From positions 1,376,001 through 1,440,000 of the forward strand of contig CBDDFZ010000001.1 of the NCBI GenBank assembly GCA_965227515.1: a DNA stretch of 64,000 nucleotides. The letters are read 5' to 3'. Position 1 is the stretch's first letter; each line of letters begins with the position of its first letter. Of the stretch, positions 41,146-51,653 are shown piece after piece. Source of the DNA: Alphaproteobacteria bacterium (lineage in GTDB: Bacteria > Pseudomonadota > Alphaproteobacteria > CALKHQ01). Below the pieces are notes generated by a model. That model was not told the DNA's origin, ran no database searches, and saw only the letters and a program-made list of their open reading frames with translations. The position numbers and the translations under genes were made by a program.

Positions 41146-42474
41146 TCAGCAGCCGCTGGCGTGCCCCGCGACGGCATGGAACGCCGCACCCGGCGGGCTC
41201 GACAGGTCGACCGGGGCAGCGGTCGGGTGCAGCCACGGCAGGCCGAACATCTTGACGCCGAAGCACCAGGCGGTGCGGCCACGGGCCACCGGATTGTCCG
41301 GGGTCGCCGGGCGGACCGCGAGTTCGCTGTTCCAAACCTGGCTGTGGTCGACGAACGCGGGCAGGAAGCGCACCGCGTGCACCGACGCGCCGCCGTCGGC
41401 ATCGAAGCCCAGGCCGAGCAGCAGCACCATGGTCATGGCGCGCGGCCAGACCTGCTGGTTGCTGATGAAGTTGCCGAGCGAATAGGCGACCAGCACCTCG
41501 CGCCCGTCGGCGGTGTCGATGCGCTCCCACTCCTGCAGCACGTGGGGATGGGCGCCGACCACCGCCGCCGCACCGGCCTCCGCGAAGGCGCGGGCCAGCG
41601 CGCGCTGGGCGCGGGTGGGGCTGCGCTCGAACTCGATGCCCCAGTGCGGCAGCACGATCACCGCATCGGCGATGTCGAGGGCGCGCAGGGTGCGGATCAG
41701 GTCCAGGGCCGCCGCATCGCCGCACAGCAGGACCTGGTCCTCATAGTCGGTCAGCCCGTTGGTGTGCTCGGCGCACGCCAGCCAGGCAATGTTGAGCCCG
41801 TTCACATTCCTGATCACGGGCCACTGCATCGGGTCGGTGCCGCCGGTGCGGGTGCCGCTGGCGGCAATGCCGGCATTGGCCAATGCCTCGATGGTGGCGG
41901 TGACCCCGACCGCCTTGCGGTCGAGCGCGTGGTTGTTGGCGGTCGTCGCCACGTCGAAGCCGGTGGCGGCGAGCGCGTAACCGGCGGCCGGCGGCGCGTT
42001 GAACAGTGGATAGCCGCTGTAGATCCAGTCGTCGGGATAAAGCGCCGACCCAGGGTAGACGCGCCCGTTGGTGGCGACGTCCTCGGCCAGCGTGCCCTCC
42101 ATGTTGAACGAGGCGACGTCGGCCTGGCTGATCCACGGCGCCATGTCCCGGGTCATCACGTTGTACCCGTCCGCGTGGGTGGCGCCCTGGCGCAGCAACT
42201 GCGCGTGCAGCAGCACGTCGCCGACGGCAGCGACGGTGGCCACCACGGTGCCGGCGGTGGCGGCGAAGAACGGGTGCTCGGCCCGGTCGGCCGAGGCGGG
42301 CGCCAGCGCCGGCAGCGGCGGTACCCCCTGCAACTGGCGCTGGGCGGGAACGGCCGTGTCCAGCGCCACGTCTTCTGCATGTACGGCGGTCGCGGCGGCA
42401 ACAAGCGCCGCCGTCAGCAGGCCGGCGCGGGCAATCTCAAAGGCACGAAAGGGCAAGTCGATCAGCTCCGCCAA
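41146..42474 (-). CDS. CapA/PGA_cap family metallophosphatase
   Basis: AVGDVLLH, NMEG, ANNHALD, HWG.E, GAHPHVLQ and YSLGNF motifs; start uncertain. Confidence 0.88.
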   Translation of the reverse strand: MAELIDLPFRAFEIARAGLLTAALVAAATAVHAEDVALDTAVPAQRQLQGVPPLPALAPASADRAEHPFFAATAGTVVATVAAVGDVLLHAQLLRQGATHADGYNVMTRDMAPWISQADVASFNMEGTLAEDVATNGRVYPGSALYPDDWIYSGYPLFNAPPAAGYALAATGFDVATTANNHALDRKAVGVTATIEALANAGIAASGTRTGGTDPMQWPVIRNVNGLNIAWLACAEHTNGLTDYEDQVLLCGDAAALDLIRTLRALDIADAVIVLPHWGIEFERSPTRAQRALARAFAEAGAAAVVGAHPHVLQEWERIDTADGREVLVAYSLGNFISNQQVWPRAMTMVLLLGLGFDADGGASVHAVRFLPAFVDHSQVWNSELAVRPATPDNPVARGRTAWCFGVKMFGLPWLHPTAAPVDLSSPPGAAFHAVAGHASGC

Positions 42475-43571
42475 CGCAGTGTGGTCTCGGGCACCGGGTT
42501 CTCGAACGCTTGGCCCTCGTCACGCGCCCGCTGCCACGCGCGTTTCAGACGGAAGTACCATTTGGCCTGCACATCCGCATCATTGATCAGCATCAGATTG
42601 GGTTGGTGGGCCAGCCCCTCCTGCTGCTTCACCACCACGTTCAGGTCCTGGTTCAGGAACTGGCGGGCGAAGATGCCCAGGATCGGCTTCAGCACCGAGA
42701 GGATCGGGATGTCCCAGTAGAATATCTGGTGCAGCTCGGTGGTGGTCGCGGTCAGCGGCGTCACCGCGGTCAGCCCGACCACCTGGCGCTTGCCGGCGCG
42801 CATGTGCTCGACCCGCACGCTGGGCAGGCGGAAGGTGATCTCGGTGCTGATCTCCCCGCCAAGCACGCGATAGCCGCCGGAGTTGCTGGAGGGCTTGTGG
42901 CGCACCATGGCGAAGCCGTGGTCGCGCGGTGCGAAGTCCTTCGCCTTCGGGTGGATCGAGCGGCTGGACCGCCACCACCACGACCGGTGGACGAAGGGGC
43001 CGTGGGCTGGGTCCATCAGCCCGATGACCGCATGGTCGACATGGCAGGGGAAGAACACCCGCCGCGTCATTTTCGGCCGCGCGTCGGCGGGCAGCGGCAG
43101 CTCGGGCGGGGCGATGCGGGCGGCGGCCTCGGCCTCGTCGGGCGCGGCGCGCGGTCCCGGCGGCCCCATGAAGATCCAGATGCAGCCCTGGCGCTCGACC
43201 AGCGGATAGGCGCGGACCTTGATGCGGTCCAGCGACATCTCCTGGCCCTCGACCAGCGAGGGGATGGCGGTGCACACGCCGCCGCCGTTGAAGCGCCAGC
43301 CGTGATAGGGGCACTCCACCGTGCCCTCAACCATGCGGCCATGGCGCAGCGGGATGCCGCGGTGCGGGCAGATATCGCGCAGCGCATAGGCGGTGCCGTC
43401 GTCGCGGCGCGCGAACACGACAGGCTCGCCCAGGATGGTCTTGCCGACCAGCCCGCCCTGCCTCAGGTCGCGCGACGGCAGCGCGAAATACCACAGGTCG
43501 CGCAGCAGCCCGTCATCGACCGACTCTGTCGTGCTCTTTTCCGCCGCGGTCTTTTCCACCATCGCGTTCAT
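42462..43571 (-). CDS. Rieske non-heme iron oxygenase
   Basis: CPHRG...CPYHGW Rieske motif; mononuclear site DPAHGPFVH. Confidence 0.9.
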   Translation of the reverse strand: MNAMVEKTAAEKSTTESVDDGLLRDLWYFALPSRDLRQGGLVGKTILGEPVVFARRDDGTAYALRDICPHRGIPLRHGRMVEGTVECPYHGWRFNGGGVCTAIPSLVEGQEMSLDRIKVRAYPLVERQGCIWIFMGPPGPRAAPDEAEAAARIAPPELPLPADARPKMTRRVFFPCHVDHAVIGLMDPAHGPFVHRSWWWRSSRSIHPKAKDFAPRDHGFAMVRHKPSSNSGGYRVLGGEISTEITFRLPSVRVEHMRAGKRQVVGLTAVTPLTATTTELHQIFYWDIPILSVLKPILGIFARQFLNQDLNVVVKQQEGLAHQPNLMLINDADVQAKWYFRLKRAWQRARDEGQAFENPVPETTLRWRS

Positions 43572-43638
43572 TACGGGAATCTAGCTGGTTTGGCGCGTCG
43601 CTTGTAGCAGCGATTTGGCGCAGACTCAGCGCGGAGGG

Positions 43639-44688
43639 CTACTCGGCAGCCTTGGCAGGAGAGGGCGGCGAACTGTCCGCGTCCGCCTTGCGTCGCTCCT
43701 CTTCCTCGCGCAGGGCGATGGCGTGGGCGACGCGCGCGGCGCTGCCGCCGTCCTCCGGCGGGGAGATCATGCGCCCTTCCTTGCCCAGCCGCGCCTCGCG
43801 GTAGGCGATGTAGAGCGTGCTGGTGACGATGATGGCGGCGCCAGCGATGGTCCACAGGTCCGGCCAGTCGCCGAACAGCAGGATGCCGAACACGGTGGCA
43901 TGGATCAGCCGGAAATAGTCGAAGGGCGCCACTGCAGTGGCCTGGCCGACCCGGTAGGCGCGCACGATGCAGGCCTGCGCGCTTGCACCCAGGCCGCCGA
44001 CCAGCACCAGCAGGCCGAACTCGCTCCAGGTCGGCATCTGCCAGACCAGGATGGCCGGCACCAGCAGCACCGCCGAAGAGATGATGCCGAACCAGACCAG
44101 TAGCGTGATCGGCGCGTCGGTGACGGTCAGCTTCTTCACGATCACGGTTACCACCGCGATGCAGCAGGTGCCGCCCAGCGCCACCAGTGCCGCCCATTCC
44201 AGTTCGCCGACGCCGGGGCGCATGATGACGATGACGCCGATGAACCCGATGACGGTGGCGGTGCCTCGGCGCCAACGCACCGCCTCGCCCAGGAACAGGG
44301 CGGCCAGGAAGATCAGGAACAGGGGCTTGCCGAAGCTGATCACCGTCACCTCGGCCAGCGGCAGATTGGCCAGCGCATAGAACATGCAGGCCATGGCGGT
44401 CACGCCCAGCAGGCCGCGCACCAGGTGCATCACCGGGCGCTTGGTGTAGAGCACCCGCGGGCCGAGCCGCATGACCACGGGGATCAGCAATATGGTGCCG
44501 AACAGGCAGCGGAAGAACGCGATCTGCATCGGGTCCAGCACCTCGCTCAGGTGCTTGACCAGGACGCCCATGCAGGTGAACAGAATGCCGGAACACAGCA
44601 TCCAGACGGCCCCGCGCACATTTCCAGGCAGGGCCAGCCAGCGCGCCAGCGCGCGCTGGCGCTTCACTTCGGCTGCATAAGCTGTCAT
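43639..44688 (-). CDS. DMT/EamA family transporter
   Basis: About 10 hydrophobic segments; FLGE.V.WRR and VAPFDY motifs. Confidence 0.88.
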   Translation of the reverse strand: MTAYAAEVKRQRALARWLALPGNVRGAVWMLCSGILFTCMGVLVKHLSEVLDPMQIAFFRCLFGTILLIPVVMRLGPRVLYTKRPVMHLVRGLLGVTAMACMFYALANLPLAEVTVISFGKPLFLIFLAALFLGEAVRWRRGTATVIGFIGVIVIMRPGVGELEWAALVALGGTCCIAVVTVIVKKLTVTDAPITLLVWFGIISSAVLLVPAILVWQMPTWSEFGLLVLVGGLGASAQACIVRAYRVGQATAVAPFDYFRLIHATVFGILLFGDWPDLWTIAGAAIIVTSTLYIAYREARLGKEGRMISPPEDGGSAARVAHAIALREEEERRKADADSSPPSPAKAAE

Positions 44689-44869
44689 CGCGTCCGATCG
44701 GGCCGCGACAACTCCGGCGCGGGGCCGGCGGCGCTATAGCCAAGATCGCGGATATTGCTTTGATAGACCGATTGGCTTGGAATGACCAATGCAATTCGCC
44801 GCGCCGATGAGGGGCATGCGCCCAGCGCATAGGTCGGCCCGGCAAGGACGTGAAGCTGAAGGAGTAGGC

Positions 44870-46822
44870 ATGTCGGAACCGTTGTGGACCCCGTCGCCGG
44901 CGCGGGTGGCCGCCGCCGGGCTGACCCGGTTTCGAGAGCCGGCGGAGCGCGCCGCGGGACGTGCGTTGCCGACCTATGCCGACCTGCACGCCTGGTCGGT
45001 GGAGGATCCGGGCGCGTTCTGGTCGGCGTGGTGGCGCGCCGCCGGGGTGATCGGCGACGGGCCGGGCACCCCGGCACTGGTGGACGGCGACAAGATGCCG
45101 GGCGCGCGCTTCTTCCCCGAGGCGAAGCTCAACTTCGCGGAGAACCTGCTGCGCCGCACCGACGACGGCGACGCCATCGTGTTCTGGGGCGAGGACGTGG
45201 CGCGGGCCACCATGTCGTGGGCCGAACTGAACCAGGCGGTTGCGGCCTGCGCGGAGGCCCTGAAGGCGGATGGTATCGGGCCGGGGGACCGGGTCGCGGC
45301 CTATCTGCCCAACATGCCGCATGCCGTGGTTGCCATGCTGGCCACCGCCAGCATCGGTGCGGTGTGGTCGTCATGCTCGCCCGATTTCGGCGTTGCCGGC
45401 GTGCTCGACCGGTTCGGCCAGATCGACCCCAAGGTGCTGATCACGGTCGACGGCTACCACTATGCCGGCAAGAGCCACGACGTACTGGGCAAGGTGCGCG
45501 AGATCGTGCCGGCCATCGGCTCCCTGGACCGCGTGGTGGTGGTGCCCTATGGCGGCTGCGACGCCTCGCAGGCGGGCATTCCGAATGCGCTGTGGTGGGA
45601 CGATTACCTGTCGCTGGACGCGCCCGCGCGGCCGGTCTTCACCCGCGTGGACTTCAACCATCCGCTCTTGATCGCCTATTCGTCCGGCACCACGGGCGTG
45701 CCGAAATGCATCGTGCACGGCACCGGCGGCACGCTGCTGCAGCACCTGAAGGAGCACCGCCTGCACAGCGACATCCGGGCCGGCGACCGGGTGTTCTATT
45801 TCAGCACCACCGGCTGGATGATGTGGAACTGGCTGGTCAGCGCGCTGGCGTCGGAGGCGACGATCCTGCTCTACGACGGCTCGCCGTTCCACCCGTCGCC
45901 GGACGCGCTGTTCGACTACGCCACCGTGGAGCGCGCCACCTTCTTCGGCACCTCGGCCAAGTACATCGACGCGATCTCCAAGCAGGACCTGCGCCCGGTC
46001 GACACCCATGGGCTGGGTGCGCTGCGCACGGTGGCGTCCACCGGGTCGCCGCTGGCGCCGGAGGGGTTCCGCTACGTCTACGATGCCATCAAGGCGGACG
46101 TGCACCTGGCCTCGATCTCCGGCGGCACCGACATCGTGTCTTGCTTCATGCTCGGCGACCCGACGGGTCCGGTCTTTGCCGGCGAGTTGCAGGTGGCGGG
46201 CCTCGGCATGGCGGTGGAGGTGTGGGACGACGACGGCCACCCGATCGAGGGCGAGAAGGGCGAGCTGGTCTGCACGCGCCCGTTCCCGTGCATGCCGGTC
46301 AGCTTCTGGAACGACCCCGATGGCGCGCGCTACCACGCCGCCTATTTCGAGCGCTATCCGGGCGTGTGGCACCATGGCGACTATGTCGCCCACACCGCCA
46401 ATGGCGGCTACGTGATCTATGGCCGGTCGGACGCCACCCTCAATCCGGGCGGCGTGCGCATCGGCACCGCCGAGATCTACCGCCAGGTCGAGAAGCTGGA
46501 CGAGGTGATCGAGGCGCTTGTGATCGGCCAGGACTGGCAGGGCGATGTGCGGGTGGTGCTGTTCGTGCGCCTGCGCGAGGACGCCACGCTGGACGACGAC
46601 CTGACAACCCGGATCAAGCAGCAGATCCGCGCCAACTGCACCCCGCGCCACGTGCCGGCGCGCATCGTCGCCGTCGACGACATCCCGCGCACCCGCTCGG
46701 GCAAGATCGTGGAGATCGCGGTGCGCGAGGTGGTACACGGCCGCGCGGTGAAGAACCAGGAAGCGCTCGCCAACCCGGAGGCGCTGGACCAGTTCCGCGA
46801 CGTGCCGGCGTTGCAGAGTTAG
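44870..46822 (+). CDS. Acetoacetate--CoA ligase
   Basis: [29 protein letters not shown] and [20 protein letters not shown] motifs; AAGGAG RBS. Confidence 0.92.
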   Translation: MSEPLWTPSPARVAAAGLTRFREPAERAAGRALPTYADLHAWSVEDPGAFWSAWWRAAGVIGDGPGTPALVDGDKMPGARFFPEAKLNFAENLLRRTDDGDAIVFWGEDVARATMSWAELNQAVAACAEALKADGIGPGDRVAAYLPNMPHAVVAMLATASIGAVWSSCSPDFGVAGVLDRFGQIDPKVLITVDGYHYAGKSHDVLGKVREIVPAIGSLDRVVVVPYGGCDASQAGIPNALWWDDYLSLDAPARPVFTRVDFNHPLLIAYSSGTTGVPKCIVHGTGGTLLQHLKEHRLHSDIRAGDRVFYFSTTGWMMWNWLVSALASEATILLYDGSPFHPSPDALFDYATVERATFFGTSAKYIDAISKQDLRPVDTHGLGALRTVASTGSPLAPEGFRYVYDAIKADVHLASISGGTDIVSCFMLGDPTGPVFAGELQVAGLGMAVEVWDDDGHPIEGEKGELVCTRPFPCMPVSFWNDPDGARYHAAYFERYPGVWHHGDYVAHTANGGYVIYGRSDATLNPGGVRIGTAEIYRQVEKLDEVIEALVIGQDWQGDVRVVLFVRLREDATLDDDLTTRIKQQIRANCTPRHVPARIVAVDDIPRTRSGKIVEIAVREVVHGRAVKNQEALANPEALDQFRDVPALQS

Positions 46823-46865
46823 GGCCGGGCCTGGGGCTGGCTCGTTCCGAGCAACAAGAATCTCT

Positions 46866-47016
46866 GTCGCCCTCGGCCTTGTGCCGAGGGCCCATTTGTG
46901 GGGCAGGCGCCAACCGGTCTTGCGTGACCCGATTTTCCGGCCAGCGCCGCCGTGCGTGCCTTAACCCATTGGTGTATTGGGGAAAAATGGGTCCTCGCCA
47001 CAAGGGCGAGGACGAC
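46866..47016. repeat. Family B palindromic element
   Basis: GTCGCCCTCGGCCTTGTGCCGAGGGCCCAT ... ATGGGTCCTCGCCACAAGGGCGAGGACGAC. Confidence 0.82.
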
Positions 47017-47059
47017 GATGGGGGGTATGGGCCCGGCAATGGCGTGTGGTGCCGCCAGC

Positions 47060-47851
47060 TTACGCCAGCCCGGCCACGAACCTCGCCGCTGCGATGCAGA
47101 CCTGGCGCGGGGCTTCCAGCATCGCCATGTGGCCGCAGCCATTGACCTCCACCAGCGTGGCGTCGGGCATGGCGGCGGCGAGCGCGCGGGCACCGGCAAC
47201 CGGCGTCATCACGTCGTCGCGGCCGGCGATCACCAGGGCGGGCCGGGCAAGCGCAGCGGCGCGCGCCGGGGCGTCCTTGTAGGCATCGCAAGCAGCCAGG
47301 TCGCGGATCAAGACATCGTCGTCGGCGGCCGCGATCAGGCGGCTGGCGAAGGCGCGGCCAAGCGGCGTCGGCCCCTGGGTGCGGCCGACCGGACGGCCGG
47401 CGCGGAACCCCCAGCGCGCAATCAGTTCGGCGGCACGCGGCGGGGCGGTGCGCGCCATGTCCAGCAGCTTGGGGTTGACCGGCATCGCCTCGGCGGCACC
47501 CGTCAGGACGAGACCGCCCGCGGCATCGCCCAGCGTCGCGGCTGCGTCGAGTGCGATCAGCGCGCCCATGGAGTGGCCGACCAGCACCGGCCGGTCGAGC
47601 GCCATCGCGGCAATCGCGTCGGCCAGCCACGCGGCGGCCTCGCCGATGGAAGCGCAGGCCGGGCCATCGCTGCCGCCGTGTCCGGGCAGGTCGACGGCAA
47701 GGACATGGAAGCCGTCGCGCGCCCACAGCCGGCCGACCACGGTCCACACCGTGTGGTCCAGCCCGGCGCCGTGGACCAGCACCAGCGGGCGTCCGCCGCG
47801 GGACCCGGTGCGGCTGGCCAGGACCGTCCGCCCGCCGACGCTCAGGCGCAT
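47060..47851 (-). CDS. Alpha/beta hydrolase
   Basis: HGAG, DLPGHG, GHSMG nucleophile and GHMAMLE motifs. Confidence 0.88.
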   Translation of the reverse strand: MRLSVGGRTVLASRTGSRGGRPLVLVHGAGLDHTVWTVVGRLWARDGFHVLAVDLPGHGGSDGPACASIGEAAAWLADAIAAMALDRPVLVGHSMGALIALDAAATLGDAAGGLVLTGAAEAMPVNPKLLDMARTAPPRAAELIARWGFRAGRPVGRTQGPTPLGRAFASRLIAAADDDVLIRDLAACDAYKDAPARAAALARPALVIAGRDDVMTPVAGARALAAAMPDATLVEVNGCGHMAMLEAPRQVCIAAARFVAGLA

Positions 47852-47879
47852 TTTTGGGGATGATTTGGCAAGCCGGGTC

Positions 47880-48062
47880 TTAGGACTTGAAGAACGCTTC
47901 CGCGGCGGCCTTCACCGAATCCTTGGTCGAGATCTCGCGGCGCACGCGTTCGATCTCGGCCTCCATCTCGGCGATGTAGTCCTCAAGATCCTTCACCGAC
48001 ATCGCGTTCAGATTGCAGACGCCGGCCTTGAAGGCCTTGGGAAGGGGAAGGTCGTCGTCCAT
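47880..48062 (-). CDS. DUF1192 family small protein
   Basis: L..MSV.DL..YIA.MEAEI.R.......K......AEAFFK pattern. Confidence 0.8.
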   Translation of the reverse strand: MDDDLPLPKAFKAGVCNLNAMSVKDLEDYIAEMEAEIERVRREISTKDSVKAAAEAFFKS

Positions 48063-48090
48063 GGTTAGCGCACCCTTCGACACAATGTGC

Positions 48091-48204
48091 GTCATTGCGA
48101 GGAGCGGAGCGACGCCAACTCCCAATGGGCAATCCAGAGCAACTTCGCCAAGCTCATGACAATCGCCTGGATCGCCGCGCGGCCTGCCGGCCGCTCGCGA
48201 TGAC
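48091..48204. repeat. Family E repeat (GTCATTGCGAG...CTCGCRATGAC)
   Basis: Inverted ends with inner GCAATCCAG/CTGGATCGC; second copy at 57892. Confidence 0.8.
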
Positions 48205-48284
48205 GGCCCGAGTGGCATGTTGACGGGCCTGGAAGCACACTAGCGAATTCGGAGACGCCGCGCACGTGCGGTTGGCAAGCCCCA

Positions 48285-48400
48285 AACGTTGAAGAGCCGC
48301 CGCTGGGGGGAGCGACGGCTCTTGTCAACAGGGAGGCTTCTTTGGACGAAATAGGGGGGGAACTTTTCATCCAAACAGCCGGAAATTCTTCCCGGCTACG
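48285..48400 (-). ncRNA. Candidate alpha-r8/SuhB-like small RNA
   Basis: 5' hairpin AGCCGG/CCGGCT, core CCAAAGAAGCCUCCCUGUUGAC and a 3' hairpin at 48292..48323; ends approximate. Confidence 0.55.
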
Positions 48401-48422
48401 AATCGAGTCTGGGGCGATTTCG

Positions 48423-48438
48423 TTAACAAATCGTTAAC
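48423..48438. promoter_or_regulatory. Perfect CtrA box
   Basis: TTAA-CAAATCG-TTAAC; also reads TTAA-N7-TTAAC on the other strand. Confidence 0.75.
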
Positions 48439-48567
48439 GTGGGCGCGGGAGTGCTTGAAGAATTTCCTGCAACGCGTTGACCGATGGAAATTTTCATGGT
48501 GTGTCGCCGCGGCCGGCGCGCGCATTGACGTGATCGCCACCTTCCACCATTGGTCGAGGACGAAACC

Positions 48568-49569
48568 ATGCCCAATACCGTGCCGCGTACGATCCAGGCA
48601 GTCGAGATTGTCGAGCCGGGCGGGCCGGAGATGTTGCGGCTGGGCGAGCGCCCGTGCCCGGAGCTGGGCGCCGGCGAGGTGCTGATCGAGGTTGCGGCCG
48701 CCGGCGTGAACCGGCCCGACGTGTTGCAGCGCAAGGGCGGGTATCCGCCACCGCCGGGCGCGCCGGACATTCCGGGGCTGGAGGTCGCCGGCACCGTGAT
48801 CGCGCGCGCGCCGGATGCGGCCGACTGGCTGCGCGAGGGCACAGAGGTCTGCGCGCTGGTCGCCGGCGGCGGCTATGCCAGCCATTGCGCGGCGCCGGGC
48901 GCACAATGCCTGCCGGTGCCGGTGGGGCTCGACATGGTGCATGCCGCCGGGGTGCCGGAGACGTTCTTTACCGTCTGGACCAACGTGTTCGACCGCGGGC
49001 GCCTGGCTGCCGGCGAGACCTTGCTGGTGCATGGCGGCTCCAGCGGCATCGGCACCACGGCGATCCAGCTTGGCGTCGCTTTCGGCGCCCGGGTCATCGT
49101 CACCGCCGGCAGCGACGAGAAATGCGATGCCTGCAAGGCGCTGGGTGCGGAGGCCATCAACTACCGCACCGCCGATTTTGCCGAGGCGGTGCAGGCGATG
49201 ACCGGCGGCGCGGGCGTCGACCTGGTGCTCGACATGGTCGGCGGCGACTACACCCCGCGCAACATCGGCTCTCTCAGGCCAGACGGCCGGCTGGTGCAGA
49301 TCGCCTTCCTGCGCGGCGCCAAGACCGAGATCGACCTCAACCCGGTGATGCGCAAGCGGCTGACCATCACCGGCTCGACGCTCCGCCCGCGCAGCGTTGC
49401 CGACAAGGGCGCCATCGCGGTGCAACTGCGCGAGAAGGTGTGGCCGCTGATCGAGGCCGGCAAGGTGCGCCCGCTGGTCCATGCGACCTTTCCATTGGCC
49501 GAGGCCGCCCAAGCACATACATTGATGGAATCGAGCGCGCATATCGGAAAGATCATTTTGACGGCTTGA
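48568..49569 (+). CDS. NAD(P)H-quinone oxidoreductase (PIG3-like MDR)
   Basis: AAGVNRPD, PGLEVAG, HGGSSGIG, GSTLRPR and HIGKIIL motifs. Confidence 0.92.
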   Translation: MPNTVPRTIQAVEIVEPGGPEMLRLGERPCPELGAGEVLIEVAAAGVNRPDVLQRKGGYPPPPGAPDIPGLEVAGTVIARAPDAADWLREGTEVCALVAGGGYASHCAAPGAQCLPVPVGLDMVHAAGVPETFFTVWTNVFDRGRLAAGETLLVHGGSSGIGTTAIQLGVAFGARVIVTAGSDEKCDACKALGAEAINYRTADFAEAVQAMTGGAGVDLVLDMVGGDYTPRNIGSLRPDGRLVQIAFLRGAKTEIDLNPVMRKRLTITGSTLRPRSVADKGAIAVQLREKVWPLIEAGKVRPLVHATFPLAEAAQAHTLMESSAHIGKIILTA

Positions 49570-49688
49570 GGCTGGCAGCGTAGACAGGCCGCCACGAGAC
49601 ACCCGCGCGGCACCCCGGCCGCGGAAGCACCAGCCGCGAACGCTGCGGGCCGGCCCTGATCCGGCGGCAAGCGCGCGAAGGAGGATTG

Positions 49689-50246
49689 ATGGCACAATTG
49701 CTGATGCCAAAGGCGACCGCCGTATGGCTGGTCGAGAACACGACCCTGACATTCGACCAGATCGCGGCCTTCACCGGCCTGCACGCGCTGGAAGTGCAGG
49801 CCATTGCCGACGGCGAGGTCGCCATCGGCATGCAGGGCCTGGACCCGGTGGCCAACGGCCAACTCGCCCAGTCCGAGATCGACCGCTGCCAGGAAGACCC
49901 GGCCGCGCGCCTGAAGATGGCGAAGCGCGACATGCCGGACCCGGCGACCCGCTCCAAGGGCCCGCGCTACACGCCGATCGCCAAGCGCCAGGACAAGCCG
50001 AACGCCATCGCGTGGCTGTTGAAGAACCACCCGCAGCTGACCGACGCGCAGATCACCCGGCTGATCGGCACCACCAAGCCGACCATCGCCGCCATCCGCG
50101 ACCGGACCCACTGGAACATCCAGAACATCAAGACCGAGGACCCGGTGCAGCTCGGCCTGTGCACGCCCGACGAGTTGCGGCTCGCGCTGGAGAAGGCGCC
50201 CTACGTCGATCCCGGCACCGCCGAGCAACCCCCGATGGCGGGGTAG
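49689..50246 (+). CDS. trcR: DUF1013 / TrcR cell-cycle transcription regulator
   Basis: LMPKATAVWLVENT.LTFDQIA, RYTP..KRQDKP and HWNIQNIK..DPV.LGLC motifs. Confidence 0.88.
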   Translation: MAQLLMPKATAVWLVENTTLTFDQIAAFTGLHALEVQAIADGEVAIGMQGLDPVANGQLAQSEIDRCQEDPAARLKMAKRDMPDPATRSKGPRYTPIAKRQDKPNAIAWLLKNHPQLTDAQITRLIGTTKPTIAAIRDRTHWNIQNIKTEDPVQLGLCTPDELRLALEKAPYVDPGTAEQPPMAG

Positions 50247-50268
50247 GTCGTTCCAATCGTTGTAATTT

Positions 50269-50497
50269 GTCGTCCTCGCCCTTGTGGCGAGGACCCATGG
50301 ATCTGCCAGGCCGCAATCCAGCCTGGTGTGTTCGATTCGCACTGGGCCATATGTGTCAGTCGCGCGCCACCAACGCTGCGCCTCACGCTTAACTCGTTGA
50401 AATACTGGACATAAATGGATCCTCGGGACAAGCCCGAGGATGACGAAGTTGTGTTGGTGAGACTTTTGAATCCGCCAGCCACAAGGGCGAGGACGAC
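50269..50497. repeat. ~230-bp family B element
   Basis: 20-bp terminal inverted repeats GTCGTCCTCGCCCTTGTGGC; internal segment shared with 2021..2250. Confidence 0.85.
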
Positions 50498-50523
50498 ATA
50501 GTTTTGGACGGGCCGTCGCGCTG

Positions 50524-51618
50524 CTAACGGTGCGCCTGCAGCACCATGTTGAAGCCGGTGGCCATCACCTGCTTCAGGTCGGCGAAGCCCGCTTGCAGCG
50601 CCACCTCGCGCAGGCGCGCCGGGCCGGCCTGGGCGCCGAGGGCCGCACCAACCTCCTGACTCAGCGAGGCCGGCACGCACACGCAGGTCGAGCCGGAATA
50701 GAACAGCCGGCCGACGTCGGTCATGTTCTCGGCCAGGTCGTCGTTGGCGAATGGCTCCACCACCATCACGGTGCCGTCCGGTTTCAGCGCCTGGTGGGCA
50801 TGGGTCATCGCGCCGACCGGGTCGCCCATGTCGTGCAGGCAATCGAAGAACGCGATGATGTCGAAGTCCTTGCCGGGGAAGTCCTTCGCTGTCGCCACCT
50901 CGAACGTCACGTTGTCGAGCCTGTGGGCCGCCGCATGCTCGCGCGCGCGCTCGATCGAGGGGCCGTGGAAGTCGTAGCCGACGAAGGTCGCGTTCGGGAA
51001 CGCCTCGGCCAGGATGGCGGTTGAGATGCCATAGCCGCAGCCGACGTCGGCCAGGGTGCCGCCCGCCTCCAGCCGTTCCTTCACCCCGTCCAGCGCCGGG
51101 ATCCAGCGGTCGACGATGTTGGCCAGGTAGCCGGGGCGGAAGAACCGCTCGGTGCCGCAGAACAGGCAGGCGTGGCGGTTGCCCCAGGGCACGCCGTTGC
51201 CGGTGCGGAAGGACTCCGCGGTGTCGTCCAGGTCGAAGATCATCGACGCGGTCGACTGGAAGAAGCCCTGCAGGTTGTGTTCGCTGTCGTCATCGGCGAA
51301 CACCAGTGCTTGCTCCGGCGTCAGCGTGTAGGTGGGGCCTGCCGTTGAGGCGCCTGTGGGATCGCAGTCGATCCAGCCCGCCGCCGCCATCGCGTTCAGC
51401 CACTCGCGTACCGGACGCTCGACGCAGCCCGCGCGCGCCGCCAGCGTGGCTGGGGTCAGGGGGCCGGCGCCGGCCATGGCCTTGAACAGCCCCAGCTTGT
51501 CGCCCAGCATCGAGATCACCATCGAGGCGGCGCCGCCCAACTCGGGCATCAGCTTCGCCTTGAAGGCATCCAGCTTCGCCGGGTCGTGGTCGCTGGCGGC
51601 CTTGGCGGCTTCAGACAT
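50524..51618 (-). CDS. Class I SAM methyltransferase with N-terminal winged helix (Rv2258c-like)
   Basis: ERPVREWL, DVGCGYG, FDCLHDMGDP and ALGAQAG motifs. Confidence 0.88.
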   Translation of the reverse strand: MSEAAKAASDHDPAKLDAFKAKLMPELGGAASMVISMLGDKLGLFKAMAGAGPLTPATLAARAGCVERPVREWLNAMAAAGWIDCDPTGASTAGPTYTLTPEQALVFADDDSEHNLQGFFQSTASMIFDLDDTAESFRTGNGVPWGNRHACLFCGTERFFRPGYLANIVDRWIPALDGVKERLEAGGTLADVGCGYGISTAILAEAFPNATFVGYDFHGPSIERAREHAAAHRLDNVTFEVATAKDFPGKDFDIIAFFDCLHDMGDPVGAMTHAHQALKPDGTVMVVEPFANDDLAENMTDVGRLFYSGSTCVCVPASLSQEVGAALGAQAGPARLREVALQAGFADLKQVMATGFNMVLQAHR

Positions 51619-51653
51619 CGTCGTGTCGCTCCCCCGTTGGCGCTGTCGGTCCT

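Noticed and set aside
48092-48370. 92-aa ORF MKSSPPIS...
   Set aside because: It runs through the sRNA-like hairpins and a family E repeat, with no RBS or motif.
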